Shown here in pieces: positions 9,477 through 18,937 of a DNA stretch of 64,000 nucleotides. Source of the stretch: Acidimicrobiia bacterium (GTDB lineage Bacteria; Actinomycetota; Acidimicrobiia; Acidimicrobiales; JANYDT01); assembly GCA_031418775.1 (NCBI GenBank), contig JANOJN010000016.1:5771-69770 (forward strand). The letters are read 5' to 3'. Within the stretch, counting starts at the first letter, position 1. Every line of letters starts with the position of its first letter. Both the position numbers and the translations under genes were made by a program. Below the pieces are notes generated by a model, which worked only from the letters and a program-made list of their open reading frames with translations, was not told the origin of the DNA and made no database searches.

Positions 9477-10546
9477 TGAAGTTCGTGTGGCCTCCGGCGC
9501 TGCTGTTGCTCGTCATCGTCCCGGCGCTCGTGGCCGGTTATCTTGCCCTCCTCCGCCGCCGTGGGCGTCGGGTCGCCGAACTCGAGGCAAAGGGTTTCGT
9601 CGCGTCGCCGTCCACCCAACGGCTCCGTCGGCTCCGGCACGTGCCGTACGCGTTGTTCCTTCTCGGTTTGACCGTGATGATCACCGGAGCGGCACGACCC
9701 CAGACGGAGATCACCGTCCCCCGGCGTCAAGGTACGGTCATCCTCGCCTTCGACGTGTCGAACAGCATGCGGGCGAAGGATCTGAAACCATCGCGAATGG
9801 ACGCAGCGAAGGAGGCGGCGAGGGCATTCGTGGACGAGCAGCCCTCGTCCATCCGCATCGGTGTCGTGGCGTTCAGCGACGGATCGCTGGTGACTCAGCA
9901 GCCGACGACGGATCGTCGTGCCGTGCTTCAGGCGATAGGGCGATTGACGCCGCAGGGCGCAACGTCGCTCGGCCAGGGGATCTACGCGTCGCTTCAGGCC
10001 ATTGCCGGGAAGTCTCTCTCCCCTGATCTTCCCGGCCCTGGCGCCCCGGGGGCTCGATCGACGGAGGCCGCCTCGCCGGACACCGCGCCGTCGGGACCGA
10101 CCAATCCGGACGCGGTGGCACCGGACGCGATCGACAACGTCGACATCGGCTACTTCGGGTCGGGGGCGGTCGTGCTCCTTTCCGACGGCGAGAACACCGA
10201 CGATCTCGACCCGTTGGCTGTTGCCAAACTGGCCTCGACGGGCGGCGTCAAGATCTATCCGGTAGGGGTTGGTTCGACCGAGGAGACGGTTGTCGAACTC
10301 AATGGGTTCCAGTTCGCCACGTCTCTCGACGAGGCGGCGTTGCAGGGCATCGCCGACATCACCGACGGCTCGTACTTCCGAGCCGAGAGTGCAGCTTCGC
10401 TCTCGAACATCTACAAGTCGATCGATCTCCAGTGGCGACGGGAGTCGGAGTCCACCGAGATCACCTCGTTGGTGGCTGCCGCGGGCGCGGCGATGTTGGC
10501 GATCGGTGCCGCACTCTCACTGTTCTGGATCGGAAGGCTGGTCTAG
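9476..10546 (+). CDS. VWA domain-containing membrane protein (BatA-like)
   Basis: N-terminal TM helices, a VWA MIDAS start (ILAFDVSNSM) and a C-terminal TM helix. The start overlaps the DUF58 stop (TGATG). Confidence 0.85.
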   Translation: MKFVWPPALLLLVIVPALVAGYLALLRRRGRRVAELEAKGFVASPSTQRLRRLRHVPYALFLLGLTVMITGAARPQTEITVPRRQGTVILAFDVSNSMRAKDLKPSRMDAAKEAARAFVDEQPSSIRIGVVAFSDGSLVTQQPTTDRRAVLQAIGRLTPQGATSLGQGIYASLQAIAGKSLSPDLPGPGAPGARSTEAASPDTAPSGPTNPDAVAPDAIDNVDIGYFGSGAVVLLSDGENTDDLDPLAVAKLASTGGVKIYPVGVGSTEETVVELNGFQFATSLDEAALQGIADITDGSYFRAESAASLSNIYKSIDLQWRRESESTEITSLVAAAGAAMLAIGAALSLFWIGRLV

Positions 10547-10549
10547 ACG

Positions 10550-11689
10550 ATGACGCTTCGTTGGCCATTCGCGCTGTTCGGCCTTGTCGCCGTGCCGTTG
10601 CTTCTCGTCGCGTATCTGCTTCAACTGCGGCGGAGTCGGCGCGGTGCAGTTGTCTTCTCCAGCGTGGCGCTGGTGCGCGCCGCCATGGCGAAGCGTGCCA
10701 GTTGGAAGCGCCACGTGCCGGCTGCGCTGTTCCTCGTCGGGCTCACGTCGCTCGGCGTCGCGTCCGCTCGGCCGCAGGCCTCCGCCAAGGTTGCCGTTTC
10801 CCGTACAACGATCATGCTGGCCCTCGACGTCTCGCGTTCGATGTGCTCGACGGACGTACTTCCGAACCGGTTGACCGTCGCGCAGGAGGCCGCACGCTCA
10901 TTCGTTGAAAGACAGCCGAAAGGCACTCGGATCGGCATCGTCGAGTTCGCCGGATTCGCGTTGGTACTCGTCGAACCGACGACGGAACGCGAGCGGCTGC
11001 TCTTCGCTATTGACAGTCTCACGACGGCGCGGGGTACGGCGATCGGGTCGGCGATCCTTCGCTCGGTCGACGTCATCTCGTCGATCAACCCCGACGTGGC
11101 TCCGGTCGATTCCTCGGTCGAATCTGCCGCCGGAGACTCCTTCCCGGGGTTTGATCCGACGACGGGTGAGCCGATCGGGACAGCTCCCGTTCTGCCGGCT
11201 GCTCCGGCACCAAAGGAGGGCTACGTCTCCGACATCGTCGTCCTGCTCACCGACGGAACGAACACGAGAGGGATCGCCCCCGTCGACGCCGCCAAGCAAG
11301 CGGCCGATCGACGGGTGCGGGTGTACACGATCGGGTTCGGAACATCGAACCCGACCGACATGGTGTGCACCGCCGAACAACTCGGCGGAGATTCACTGTT
11401 CGACCAGCCGACGTTCGGCGCCGGAGGTTACGGGACGCCACCCGCCAGCGCGATCCGACGGTTGCTCGTGGCCGACGAGGGCACGCTTCAATCCGTGGCG
11501 AACCTCACCGGCGGCAAGTTCTACCGGGCGGAGGATTCCGACCAGCTTCGTGGCGTGTTCGACAAACTCCCGAGAGACGTTGAGCTGCAAAGCAGACAGG
11601 TCGAGCTCAGCGTCGGCTTCCTCGGCGTGGGTGCACTCCTGTCACTCCTCGCCATGGTCCTTTCGCTGCGATGGAACCGCACGCCCTGA
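10550..11689 (+). CDS. VWA domain-containing membrane protein (BatB-like)
   Basis: Same architecture as the preceding gene (IMLALDVSRSM MIDAS, N- and C-terminal TM helices). It starts 3 nt after the upstream stop. Confidence 0.85.
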   Translation: MTLRWPFALFGLVAVPLLLVAYLLQLRRSRRGAVVFSSVALVRAAMAKRASWKRHVPAALFLVGLTSLGVASARPQASAKVAVSRTTIMLALDVSRSMCSTDVLPNRLTVAQEAARSFVERQPKGTRIGIVEFAGFALVLVEPTTERERLLFAIDSLTTARGTAIGSAILRSVDVISSINPDVAPVDSSVESAAGDSFPGFDPTTGEPIGTAPVLPAAPAPKEGYVSDIVVLLTDGTNTRGIAPVDAAKQAADRRVRVYTIGFGTSNPTDMVCTAEQLGGDSLFDQPTFGAGGYGTPPASAIRRLLVADEGTLQSVANLTGGKFYRAEDSDQLRGVFDKLPRDVELQSRQVELSVGFLGVGALLSLLAMVLSLRWNRTP

Positions 11690-11711
11690 TCGCTTCGACG
11701 GGCAGATGCCT

Positions 11712-12278
11712 TCAGCTGGTCATGCCGCCGAGCCCGACAAGGCCACGCGCCAACTCGATTTCGCCCATGTGCCGAAGGCCGTGTTGATACAGCCAGCACT
11801 CGAAGCCGTCGAGCACGGTGATCCCCTGGGGGCCGGCCACCCGGGCGCTGAAGGTGGTGGCGATCTGGGGCGGGAAGGGATGCGGGATCACGACACGGGT
11901 GAGGTCGGCCGGATCGAGTGTGGCGAGGTAGGCCTCCGTGCGATCGAACACTGCTCGCTGGTAGGCCCTGAACTCCTCGTAGTTGCCGATGCGCTGGAAG
12001 ACCATCTCGTCGACCGTGCGGTGCTTGCCGTGATCGTCGACCGACATCTGCACCCGCTGCTGCCAATCGTCATTCCAGATCGGTGCCGTTCCGGTGAGCA
12101 ACATGAACGACGCATCGATCATGTTGGTGAGATGGAACAGCGAGAACGCGATCGGAAGAACACCTTCGCGTTCGAAATGGTTGACGTGCTCGAGCTCCAT
12201 GGACTCCACCGCCTGGTAGTAGAGCGAGTGCATCGCGCGCATACGACGTTGGAGCGAATCGAGGACGAGTTCGTTCAT
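11712..12278 (-). CDS. DinB-family-like protein (four-helix bundle, putative metal-binding)
   Basis: 188-aa ORF. His-containing helices (HSLYYQAVE..., HLTNMIDASF..., WLYQHGLRHMGEIELARG) resemble the DinB_2 family. The assignment is by resemblance only. Confidence 0.5.
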   Translation of the reverse strand: MNELVLDSLQRRMRAMHSLYYQAVESMELEHVNHFEREGVLPIAFSLFHLTNMIDASFMLLTGTAPIWNDDWQQRVQMSVDDHGKHRTVDEMVFQRIGNYEEFRAYQRAVFDRTEAYLATLDPADLTRVVIPHPFPPQIATTFSARVAGPQGITVLDGFECWLYQHGLRHMGEIELARGLVGLGGMTS

Positions 12279-12308
12279 CAGTTTCCTTTGGGTTGGCGCT
12301 TCGGCGGG

Positions 12309-12803
12309 CTAGTGCGAAGCGGAGGTGGGTGTATCCGATGTCTCGCCGATGCGATCGAGTCGCGCGACGAAGCCGACGTAGCCCCACACCATCTGCGCGC
12401 CGTCGCGTCGCCGAGTGACCTCGATCGGGATGCCGACAGGCCGGAGCACGTGCACGCCGTTCTCGTAGGTAGCGACGACGTTTATAGGCGTCGTGAAGTC
12501 CCGCTCGGCGACGTCGTTCACCCCGTTCTCGGCGGTGCCGTCGCAGCGCATGTCGTGGATGACTCCGCCGCCGGTGATGACGATCCGCTCACGCGCCTGC
12601 TCGATACGTTGCACATGTCCGATGACGGGATGCGCTGGTTGCGCTGCGCCGTTGACCTCCGCCGACACGACCTTCCAGAGTCCGCGGAGGTCCGGAGCGC
12701 CGGCCACAAGGAGCTCGTCGCAACCGGCGAGGATCTCCGCGGGGAACTCCGCCCCGTACCCGCCAGGAGGGGTGTGTGCGACGGGAATGGTTGCGACGGA
12801 CAT
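12309..12803 (-). CDS. hypothetical protein
   Basis: 164-aa ORF with non-repetitive, balanced composition, lying co-directionally 30 nt upstream of the DinB-like gene. No family recognised. Confidence 0.55.
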   Translation of the reverse strand: MSVATIPVAHTPPGGYGAEFPAEILAGCDELLVAGAPDLRGLWKVVSAEVNGAAQPAHPVIGHVQRIEQARERIVITGGGVIHDMRCDGTAENGVNDVAERDFTTPINVVATYENGVHVLRPVGIPIEVTRRRDGAQMVWGYVGFVARLDRIGETSDTPTSASH

Positions 12804-13011
12804 GTACGCATCGTAGGGAGACCGATGTCGCCGGATGCAATTGCCTTGGGTTGCTGGCCCTTTTCAGCTCGTGACGTCGCCATCGACGGCGATGTCGACG
12901 AACTCGGGTCTCGATTCCTGCCGCTTCGCGCCGGGGGTTCGGTGCAACACGATGAGCATGGATCTCCGCGGGATCGGCGCCGCTCTGCTGGGCACCGGAG
13001 TCGGCGCTCCG

Positions 13012-13308
13012 ATGGATTGTCCTACCACCTGTACTACCGTTGTTCGTGTGGCCCGACGACAGAAGCGATCGATTTCACTCCCTTCCGACCTGGCCGACGC
13101 CATCGACACGGCAGCGACTGCGGCTGGCACAACCGTCAGTGCGTGGATGGCTGAGACCGCCTCCCACCGCCTCCGTCTCGACGCTGGTCGACGCGGGGTC
13201 GCCGAATGGGAACATCAGCATGGCGCTCTCAGCCCGGATGAGATCGCTGACGGCCTCGCGCGAGCGAGAGCGATGCTCCGACGACCGTCATCCCGGAAGA
13301 CCGCCTGA
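13012..13308 (+). CDS. vapB: ribbon-helix-helix antitoxin (VapB-like); start uncertain (ATG 13012 or GTG 13048)
   Basis: KRSISLPSDLADAIDTAATAAGTTVSAWMAETASHRL is an RHH (CopG-like) motif. The stop TGA abuts the ATG of the PIN gene. Confidence 0.65.
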   Translation: MDCPTTCTTVVRVARRQKRSISLPSDLADAIDTAATAAGTTVSAWMAETASHRLRLDAGRRGVAEWEHQHGALSPDEIADGLARARAMLRRPSSRKTA

Positions 13309-13692
13309 ATGACCGGGGTCACCTATGACACGGGCGCGCTCATTGCGGCCGACCGAAACGACCGACGAATGTGGGCACTCCACGCTGGCTTCCTCGCCCT
13401 CGAGATCTCCCCTACGGTGCCGACCCCGGTACTTGCCGAAGCATGGCGCGGCGGACCGCGCCAGGCCAGCCTCGCTCGCTTCCTGGCCCTCTGCACCACC
13501 GAACCACTCACCGACGCCCAGGCGAAAGCAGTCGGCGCGCTCGCAGCGCGCGTCGGCCACGATGACATCGTTGACGTGACTGTTGTTGAGGGCGCGATCC
13601 GCCGCCGCGACTCTGTCGTCACCTCCAATCCTTCCCACATCCGCACGATCGCCGACGGGGCGCGTGTCAAGCTGGCCATCGAGACCGTTTGA
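13309..13692 (+). CDS. vapC: PIN-domain ribonuclease toxin (VapC)
   Basis: 127 aa with the N-terminal acidic residue (VTYDTGALIAA), later acidic residues (TEPLTDAQ, DDIVDVTVVE) and the C-terminal VVTSNPSHI, typical of the PIN fold. Confidence 0.85.
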   Translation: MTGVTYDTGALIAADRNDRRMWALHAGFLALEISPTVPTPVLAEAWRGGPRQASLARFLALCTTEPLTDAQAKAVGALAARVGHDDIVDVTVVEGAIRRRDSVVTSNPSHIRTIADGARVKLAIETV

Positions 13693-13743
13693 ACGTTTGA
13701 GGTCTTCTGCCGTTCTTCTACCTGAATCCCGGTCGTCCCGCCA

Positions 13744-14745
13744 TCACGTCCGACGTCTGGCGTGCACTCCCCGTGGGGCCCGCAGATCGGCGATCCCGGT
13801 GAAGTTCGGGAACTTCGACATCGCCGCCCAAAGATGGTCGCCGTAGGTGAAGGGTTCGAACGTCGTCGAGCCCTCGAGCGGCAGCGGCTCGATCACCGCA
13901 TCGGCGTGCGGTTCATAGAAGAACGGGATGGAGAACCGCGTGGATCCATGGCTGATGACGCGGTGCGGAGTCGCTCGAAACCGCCCCTCCGTCCAGCGTT
14001 CAAGCAGCCCGCCGAAGTTCACCGCGAGGTGTCCGTCGACCGGGGGAACCTCGACCCATTCGCCACTGCGGAGCTTCACGGCAAGCCCGGCCACGCCGTG
14101 CTGGCAGAGCAGCGTGACGAAGCCGGAGTCGACGTGTTCGCCGCGCCTCGGCGTGTCTGGCTCGCCTGCCGAATCGAAGGCGGGATCGACGGGCGGCAGT
14201 TCGTAGCGCATGAGACGCAGCGTGGAGATGCCCCCGGTGAATGCTTCATCGAAGTGGTGCTCGTCGACGCCTACGCAGCGGGCCACCGAGCGCATGATCG
14301 CGGCGCCGAGTCGTTCCATGGCGAGGTAGTACGCGGCGACGGTCTCGCGCCACCGGGGGAGCTCCGACGGCCGGGGAAGCGGGGTCGAACCGAGCAGCGG
14401 ATCATCGTCGGACACAGCCCAACCCGGTCGGTCCGGGACCACGTCGGGGCCCAGGTCGTAGATGTCGACGCCGACATCGGACGAGCGGGGGTTCCAGCCC
14501 CGGTACACGTTGGTGTTCGACGGTTCGTAGTAGTTCCGCCACAGCGCATGCTGGCTGGCCTCGGGCAGGGCGAAGACCGCCAGCATCGCGTCTCGAGTCC
14601 ATAGGGCGGTCGGAACAAGTTCGCTAGGACCGGCGATGGTCAGAACCCCCGATTCGCCCGCGGCGTCGGCGATCGCACGGTCGACATCGTCGCGGTCCGG
14701 GCCCGGAGGACCGAACAGCGACGCGACATCGATCAGCGGGACCAC
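13744..14745 (-). CDS. 2-oxoglutarate/Fe(II)-dependent oxygenase (isopenicillin N synthase family)
   Basis: HVDSGFVTLLCQ...GLAVKL...WVEVPP...LAVNFGGLLERWTEGRFRATPHRV carries the HxD...H facial triad and the RxS/T-type 2OG-binding tail. Confidence 0.85.
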   Translation of the reverse strand: MVPLIDVASLFGPPGPDRDDVDRAIADAAGESGVLTIAGPSELVPTALWTRDAMLAVFALPEASQHALWRNYYEPSNTNVYRGWNPRSSDVGVDIYDLGPDVVPDRPGWAVSDDDPLLGSTPLPRPSELPRWRETVAAYYLAMERLGAAIMRSVARCVGVDEHHFDEAFTGGISTLRLMRYELPPVDPAFDSAGEPDTPRRGEHVDSGFVTLLCQHGVAGLAVKLRSGEWVEVPPVDGHLAVNFGGLLERWTEGRFRATPHRVISHGSTRFSIPFFYEPHADAVIEPLPLEGSTTFEPFTYGDHLWAAMSKFPNFTGIADLRAPRGVHARRRT

Positions 14746-14834
14746 GGCCCGACCCTATCCGCGCACTCGCGGGCGATCGGCCCGGGTCGGGCGGCGCGGC
14801 CGGTGCGCGCCCACGACCCGGCCTGCCGGGAGTA

Positions 14835-15041
14835 CTACTTGCTGAGCGCGGTGATCGCCTGGGCCCAGAGCACGTACTTGTTGGTGGCCAGGTCACCGAC
14901 CGTTTTGATGCCGAGAGCTGCGGCGAGCGCCTTGGCATCGGCCTCGGAAATGCCGGCAAGGGCGTCGACGGGAGCATTGACGAGCTCAGCGAATTCCTTC
15001 TGCTCGTATGCCTTGTCGAGAAACTTTGCGATGTCAGCCAT
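14835..15041 (-). CDS. small hypothetical protein (68 aa, helix-hairpin-helix-like)
   Basis: Internal ATG 15041 of the 176-aa ORF has GAAGGAG 8 nt upstream. The downstream part, MADIAKFLDKAYEQKEFAELVNAPVDALAGISEADAKALAAALGIKTVGDLA..., is well composed. The upstream part of the ORF is Arg/Pro/His-rich junk. Confidence 0.6.
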   Translation of the reverse strand: MADIAKFLDKAYEQKEFAELVNAPVDALAGISEADAKALAAALGIKTVGDLATNKYVLWAQAITALSK

Positions 15042-15113
15042 GGGGGTCTCCTTCGTCCGGTCCGACGTGCTGTCGGTCAACTTCGGGTCTACCAGGTCAG
15101 CGCACCGGTTTGG

Positions 15114-15929
15114 GTGGATCGACCCGCTACGGACGCAAGGAATCTCGTGCGGCCGGGGACCGGCGAGGATGGGTACGTGGAAATCGAAGCGGTGACCCAG
15201 GCCGTGGGGCGGCCGGTGCGTCGCCCGGTGATGTTGCAAGGTTGGTTCGATCTGACATCGATCCATTGGCGCTATGAGCCCTCGGTCGTCCAGGAGCTCC
15301 TTCCCGACGGCTTCACGGTGGACACCTTCGACGGCTCGGCGTGGGTTGGGTTGATCCCCTTCCATATGCGTCGGATCCGGTTACCCTTTGGCCCCAGGGG
15401 TGGCATTGCCGCCGGGCGCTGGTCCACATTTCCCGAGACGAACGTGCGGACCTACATCGTCGACCGTCGGGGGCGCCGGGGTGTCTGGTTCTGCAGTCTC
15501 GACATCACCCGTCTCGCTCCGACGCTCGTTGCGCGGGTTGCCTATGGCCTCCCGTACTGCTGGTCGTCGATGACAATCGGCCATCCGAGTACCGACGTCG
15601 TCGAGTACACCTCGGTTCGTCGTTGGCCTGGGCGTGCTCGCGGAGCGACCGCCGACGTCACCGTGCGCATCGGTGAACGGCTCGATGCCGTGGGCGAAGA
15701 CTCGCTCGAGGCGTTCCTGTCCGCGCGTTGGGCGCTTGGCTCGACCTTTCTCGGGCGCCGTCTGTGGGCAGAGGTCGACCATGCCCCGTGGCAGCTCCAC
15801 CGCGCCGAACTCCTGCATCTCGATCAGTCGGTGATCGCCGCGGCCGGTCTGCCGGTGCCGATCGGGGAGCCAGCGGTGTTGTGGTCCCCCGGGGTCGAGG
15901 TTCGGATCGGCCGTCCCCGGTTCGACTGA
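15114..15929 (+). CDS. DUF2071 domain-containing protein (start probably downstream, e.g. GTG 15177 or ATG 15231)
   Basis: MLQGWFDLTSIHWRYEP...DGSAWVGLIPFHMRRIR...FPETNVRTYIV matches my recollection of the DUF2071 (YgjF-like) family. Confidence 0.7.
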   Translation: MDRPATDARNLVRPGTGEDGYVEIEAVTQAVGRPVRRPVMLQGWFDLTSIHWRYEPSVVQELLPDGFTVDTFDGSAWVGLIPFHMRRIRLPFGPRGGIAAGRWSTFPETNVRTYIVDRRGRRGVWFCSLDITRLAPTLVARVAYGLPYCWSSMTIGHPSTDVVEYTSVRRWPGRARGATADVTVRIGERLDAVGEDSLEAFLSARWALGSTFLGRRLWAEVDHAPWQLHRAELLHLDQSVIAAAGLPVPIGEPAVLWSPGVEVRIGRPRFD

Positions 15930-15964
15930 TCGGTCGGTCCCTCGCTCGGAGATGAGGTCGGGGG

Positions 15965-17953
15965 GTGACAGGATCGCCGACGATGGAATCCTCGAACGAG
16001 CCGACCGACCACCCCCTCTGGACGCCCACCCCGGAACGGGTGGTGGCGGCGAACCTCACACGCTTCGCGGCCTCTGCGGGGCACCTCGGTGCGTCGTACG
16101 AGGAAGTGCATCGGTGGTCGATCGACGAGCCGGACGAGTTCTGGCAGGCCATCTGGGACTTCACCGGCGTCGTCGGCTACCCGGGCGATACGGTCCTCGA
16201 ACGGGGCGAGTCGATGCGGTTCGATCGATACTTCCCCGGCGCCTCTCTCAGCATCGTCGACACGTTCCTGCGATGGCGGGGAGACGACGAGGCGATCGTG
16301 GCGATCGACGAACGAGGGATCCGCCGGGCCATCTCCCGTGACGAGCTCCGCGAACTGGTTGCCGCTGCTGCGGCGGCCCTGAAGGGCGACGGGGTAGGTG
16401 TCGGCGATCGGGTCGCCGCATGGATGCCCAACGTCCCGGAAACGATCATCGTGATGTTGGCCGCGGCGTCGATCGGCGCAGTGTTCTCGTCGACGTCGCC
16501 GGACTTCGGCGCGTCCGGGGTGATCGACCGCTTCGGGCAGATCGAGCCCACGGTCCTGGTCGCCTGCGACGGCTATCTCTACGGAGGCAAGCGGTTCGAA
16601 GTCACCGATCGGCTCTCGGAGATCGTACGCGCGCTTCCGACCTTGCGGAGGGTCGTTGTCTACCCTCATCTCGGGGATGTCGCGGTACCACCAGAAGCGG
16701 TCACGTTCGGCGAATGGATCGGTCCCCACGCGGGAGCGGCACTCGAACCGGTGGCGCTTCCCTTCGACCATCCCTGGTATGTGCTGTACTCGTCGGGAAC
16801 CACCGGTAAGCCGAAGTGCATCGTGCACCGCGCCGGAGGCGTTCTCCTCAAGCACCTGACGGAGCACCAACTGCTCTGCGATGTTCGCCCGGGCAACCGC
16901 GTCCTGTATTTCACGACCGCCGGGTGGATGATGTGGAACTGGCTGGCGTCCGTGCTGGCAAGTGGCGCCACCGCGGTGCTCTACGACGGTTCGCCGTTCC
17001 ATCCGGATGGCGACGTGCTCTTCGGCATCGCCGAGTCGGAGCGCTTGACGCTCCTCGGCGTCTCGGCGAAGTTCATCTACTCGTGCGCCAAGGCCGGACT
17101 CGACCCGTCGGCGGATCATCGGTTGGAGCACCTCCGCACGGTCTGCTCCACCGGCTCACCGCTGTCGCCCGACGGTTTCCGCTACGTCTACGAGCACGTG
17201 AAGGCTGACGTCCACCTTGCGTCCATCTCGGGAGGCACGGATCTCTGCGGCTGCTTCGTCGGAGGCGACCCGACGGGTTCAGTCTGGGCTGGCGAGATCC
17301 AACGTCCGGCGCTCGGCATGGCCGTTGACGTCTGGGGGGCGCACGGGGAGTCCCTCCCGCCCGAGGGCGGTGCTGGTGAACTCGTATGCACACGTAGTTT
17401 CCCCTCGATGCCCCTCGGGTTCTGGAACGACGACGACGGATCTCGCTATCGGGCGGCCTACTACGAACGTTTCGAGAACGTGTGGGCCCAGGGCGATTTC
17501 GCCTCCTGGACGCACCACGGCGGCATCGTCGTCCACGGCCGCTCCGACGCCACGCTCAACCCGGGAGGTGTCCGCATCGGAACAGCCGAGATCTACCGCG
17601 TGGTCGAGCAGCTCCCCGAGATCGCGGAGTCTCTCGTCTTCGGCCAGCAGTGGGAAGGCGATACGCGCATCGTGCTGCTCGTACGGTTGTCCGCCGACGT
17701 CACACTCGACGACGCCCTGCGCACCGAGATCCGCGCCAGGATTCGTTCCGCCGCGACTCCCCGGCACGTTCCCGCGGTCATCGTTGCGGTGGAGGACCTT
17801 CCCCGGACTAGGTCGAACAAGCTCGTCGAACTTGCCGTTGCCGACGTCGTCCACGGCCGTCCGGTGCGCAACACCGAGGCTCTCGCCAACCCCGAGGCGC
17901 TCGATGCCATCGCCGCCCTGCCGGAGCTCCAGCGGGCGGTTTCCTCGACGTGA
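15965..17953 (+). CDS. acetoacetate-CoA ligase (acetoacetyl-CoA synthetase)
   Basis: 662 aa. N-terminus PLWTPTPERVVAANLTRF...DEFWQAIWDF and the AMP-binding motifs YSSGTTGKPKCIVH and GDF...HGRSDATLNPGGVRIG are typical of AACS. Confidence 0.9.
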   Translation: MTGSPTMESSNEPTDHPLWTPTPERVVAANLTRFAASAGHLGASYEEVHRWSIDEPDEFWQAIWDFTGVVGYPGDTVLERGESMRFDRYFPGASLSIVDTFLRWRGDDEAIVAIDERGIRRAISRDELRELVAAAAAALKGDGVGVGDRVAAWMPNVPETIIVMLAAASIGAVFSSTSPDFGASGVIDRFGQIEPTVLVACDGYLYGGKRFEVTDRLSEIVRALPTLRRVVVYPHLGDVAVPPEAVTFGEWIGPHAGAALEPVALPFDHPWYVLYSSGTTGKPKCIVHRAGGVLLKHLTEHQLLCDVRPGNRVLYFTTAGWMMWNWLASVLASGATAVLYDGSPFHPDGDVLFGIAESERLTLLGVSAKFIYSCAKAGLDPSADHRLEHLRTVCSTGSPLSPDGFRYVYEHVKADVHLASISGGTDLCGCFVGGDPTGSVWAGEIQRPALGMAVDVWGAHGESLPPEGGAGELVCTRSFPSMPLGFWNDDDGSRYRAAYYERFENVWAQGDFASWTHHGGIVVHGRSDATLNPGGVRIGTAEIYRVVEQLPEIAESLVFGQQWEGDTRIVLLVRLSADVTLDDALRTEIRARIRSAATPRHVPAVIVAVEDLPRTRSNKLVELAVADVVHGRPVRNTEALANPEALDAIAALPELQRAVSST

Positions 17954-18166
17954 CCGTCGGTTGCCGAGGTGCCGCCGTCCTGTGTGCACGACGCCGACGT
18001 CGAGTTTGTTGAACGCTGGGCGTGGGCGGCGAACCGGCCGGCCGCCTGCTGAGCGGTGATACATCAGAGTTCGCAACCCATCCGGTAGTGTCGCGATCGG
18101 TCGACGGAACGAAGAACCGGTCATGACGCGTGGTGTCAACCGACCGGGTACCTCCAAGAGGAACTG

Positions 18167-18883
18167 ATGTCTGCTCCCAAACCCGTGGACGAGGCGAGTC
18201 GGCTCGAAGCCCTGCGCTATTACGACATTCTCGATTCGGCTCCTGACGCTGCGTTCGACGACATCACCCGTCTTGCCGCCTACATCTGCGACACCCCGAT
18301 CGCGCTGGTGTCATTCGTCGACGAGGAACGGCAGTGGTTCAAGGCGCGGGTCGGGCTCGACGTCTTGGAGACCGATCGCTGTTTGTCGATGTGCGCCTGG
18401 GCGATCCTCGACGAAGAGTTGTTCGAGGTCGCCGACACCCGGCTCGACGATCGGTTCGTGGACAACGGCCTCGTCATCGGCGAACCGTTCATCCGTTTCT
18501 ACGCAGGAGTGCCGCTGCGTTCGGCAGAGGGAATGAACCTCGGGACACTGTGCGTGATCGACCGAGTGCCCCGGAACCTGTCGGATTCGCAGCGCAGCGC
18601 ATTGCGGGCCCTGGGGAACCAGGTCAGCCGACTTCTCGAAGGAACGGTCGTGCGTCGATTGCTCGCCGAGTCATTGGCCACCTTCGATGTGTTCGACCGC
18701 TCGTTCCCCTCGTGCGTGATGTGCGGCGACGTCGTGCTCCGCGAGTCCCAGATGTCGCTGCGCGACTTCGTGAGCGAGCACACCTCAGCGCGCTTCCACG
18801 ACACGGTCTGCCGAACGTGTCCGCCGACCTACGACCCCGAGCCTTCGGTGTCGATCGAAGCCTTTCTCGAGGCCAATCCGTAG
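18167..18883 (+). CDS. GAF domain-containing protein with C-terminal Cys4 segment
   Basis: N-terminus EASRLEALRYYDILDSAPDAAFDDITRLAAYICDTPIALVSFVDEERQWFKARVG is the classical GAF sensor module. The C-terminal 70 aa carry CVMC...CRTC. Confidence 0.8.
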   Translation: MSAPKPVDEASRLEALRYYDILDSAPDAAFDDITRLAAYICDTPIALVSFVDEERQWFKARVGLDVLETDRCLSMCAWAILDEELFEVADTRLDDRFVDNGLVIGEPFIRFYAGVPLRSAEGMNLGTLCVIDRVPRNLSDSQRSALRALGNQVSRLLEGTVVRRLLAESLATFDVFDRSFPSCVMCGDVVLRESQMSLRDFVSEHTSARFHDTVCRTCPPTYDPEPSVSIEAFLEANP

Positions 18884-18937
18884 GTGGGCCAACGTCACCG
18901 GTGCATCGGCGATCGGAGCACCGGCAGAGAAGACCGG

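Noticed and set aside
10905-13154. 749-aa plus-strand ORF spanning four gene regions
   Set aside because: It runs out of frame over the VWA gene and antisense to the DinB-like and hypothetical genes. Its junk composition marks it as a high-GC artefact.
13688-13700. TTTGAACGTTTGA resembling the TGAACGTTCA operator of the LacI gene
   Set aside because: It is imperfect, present as a single copy, overlaps the vapC stop codon, and has no downstream gene start on either strand. Judged coincidental.
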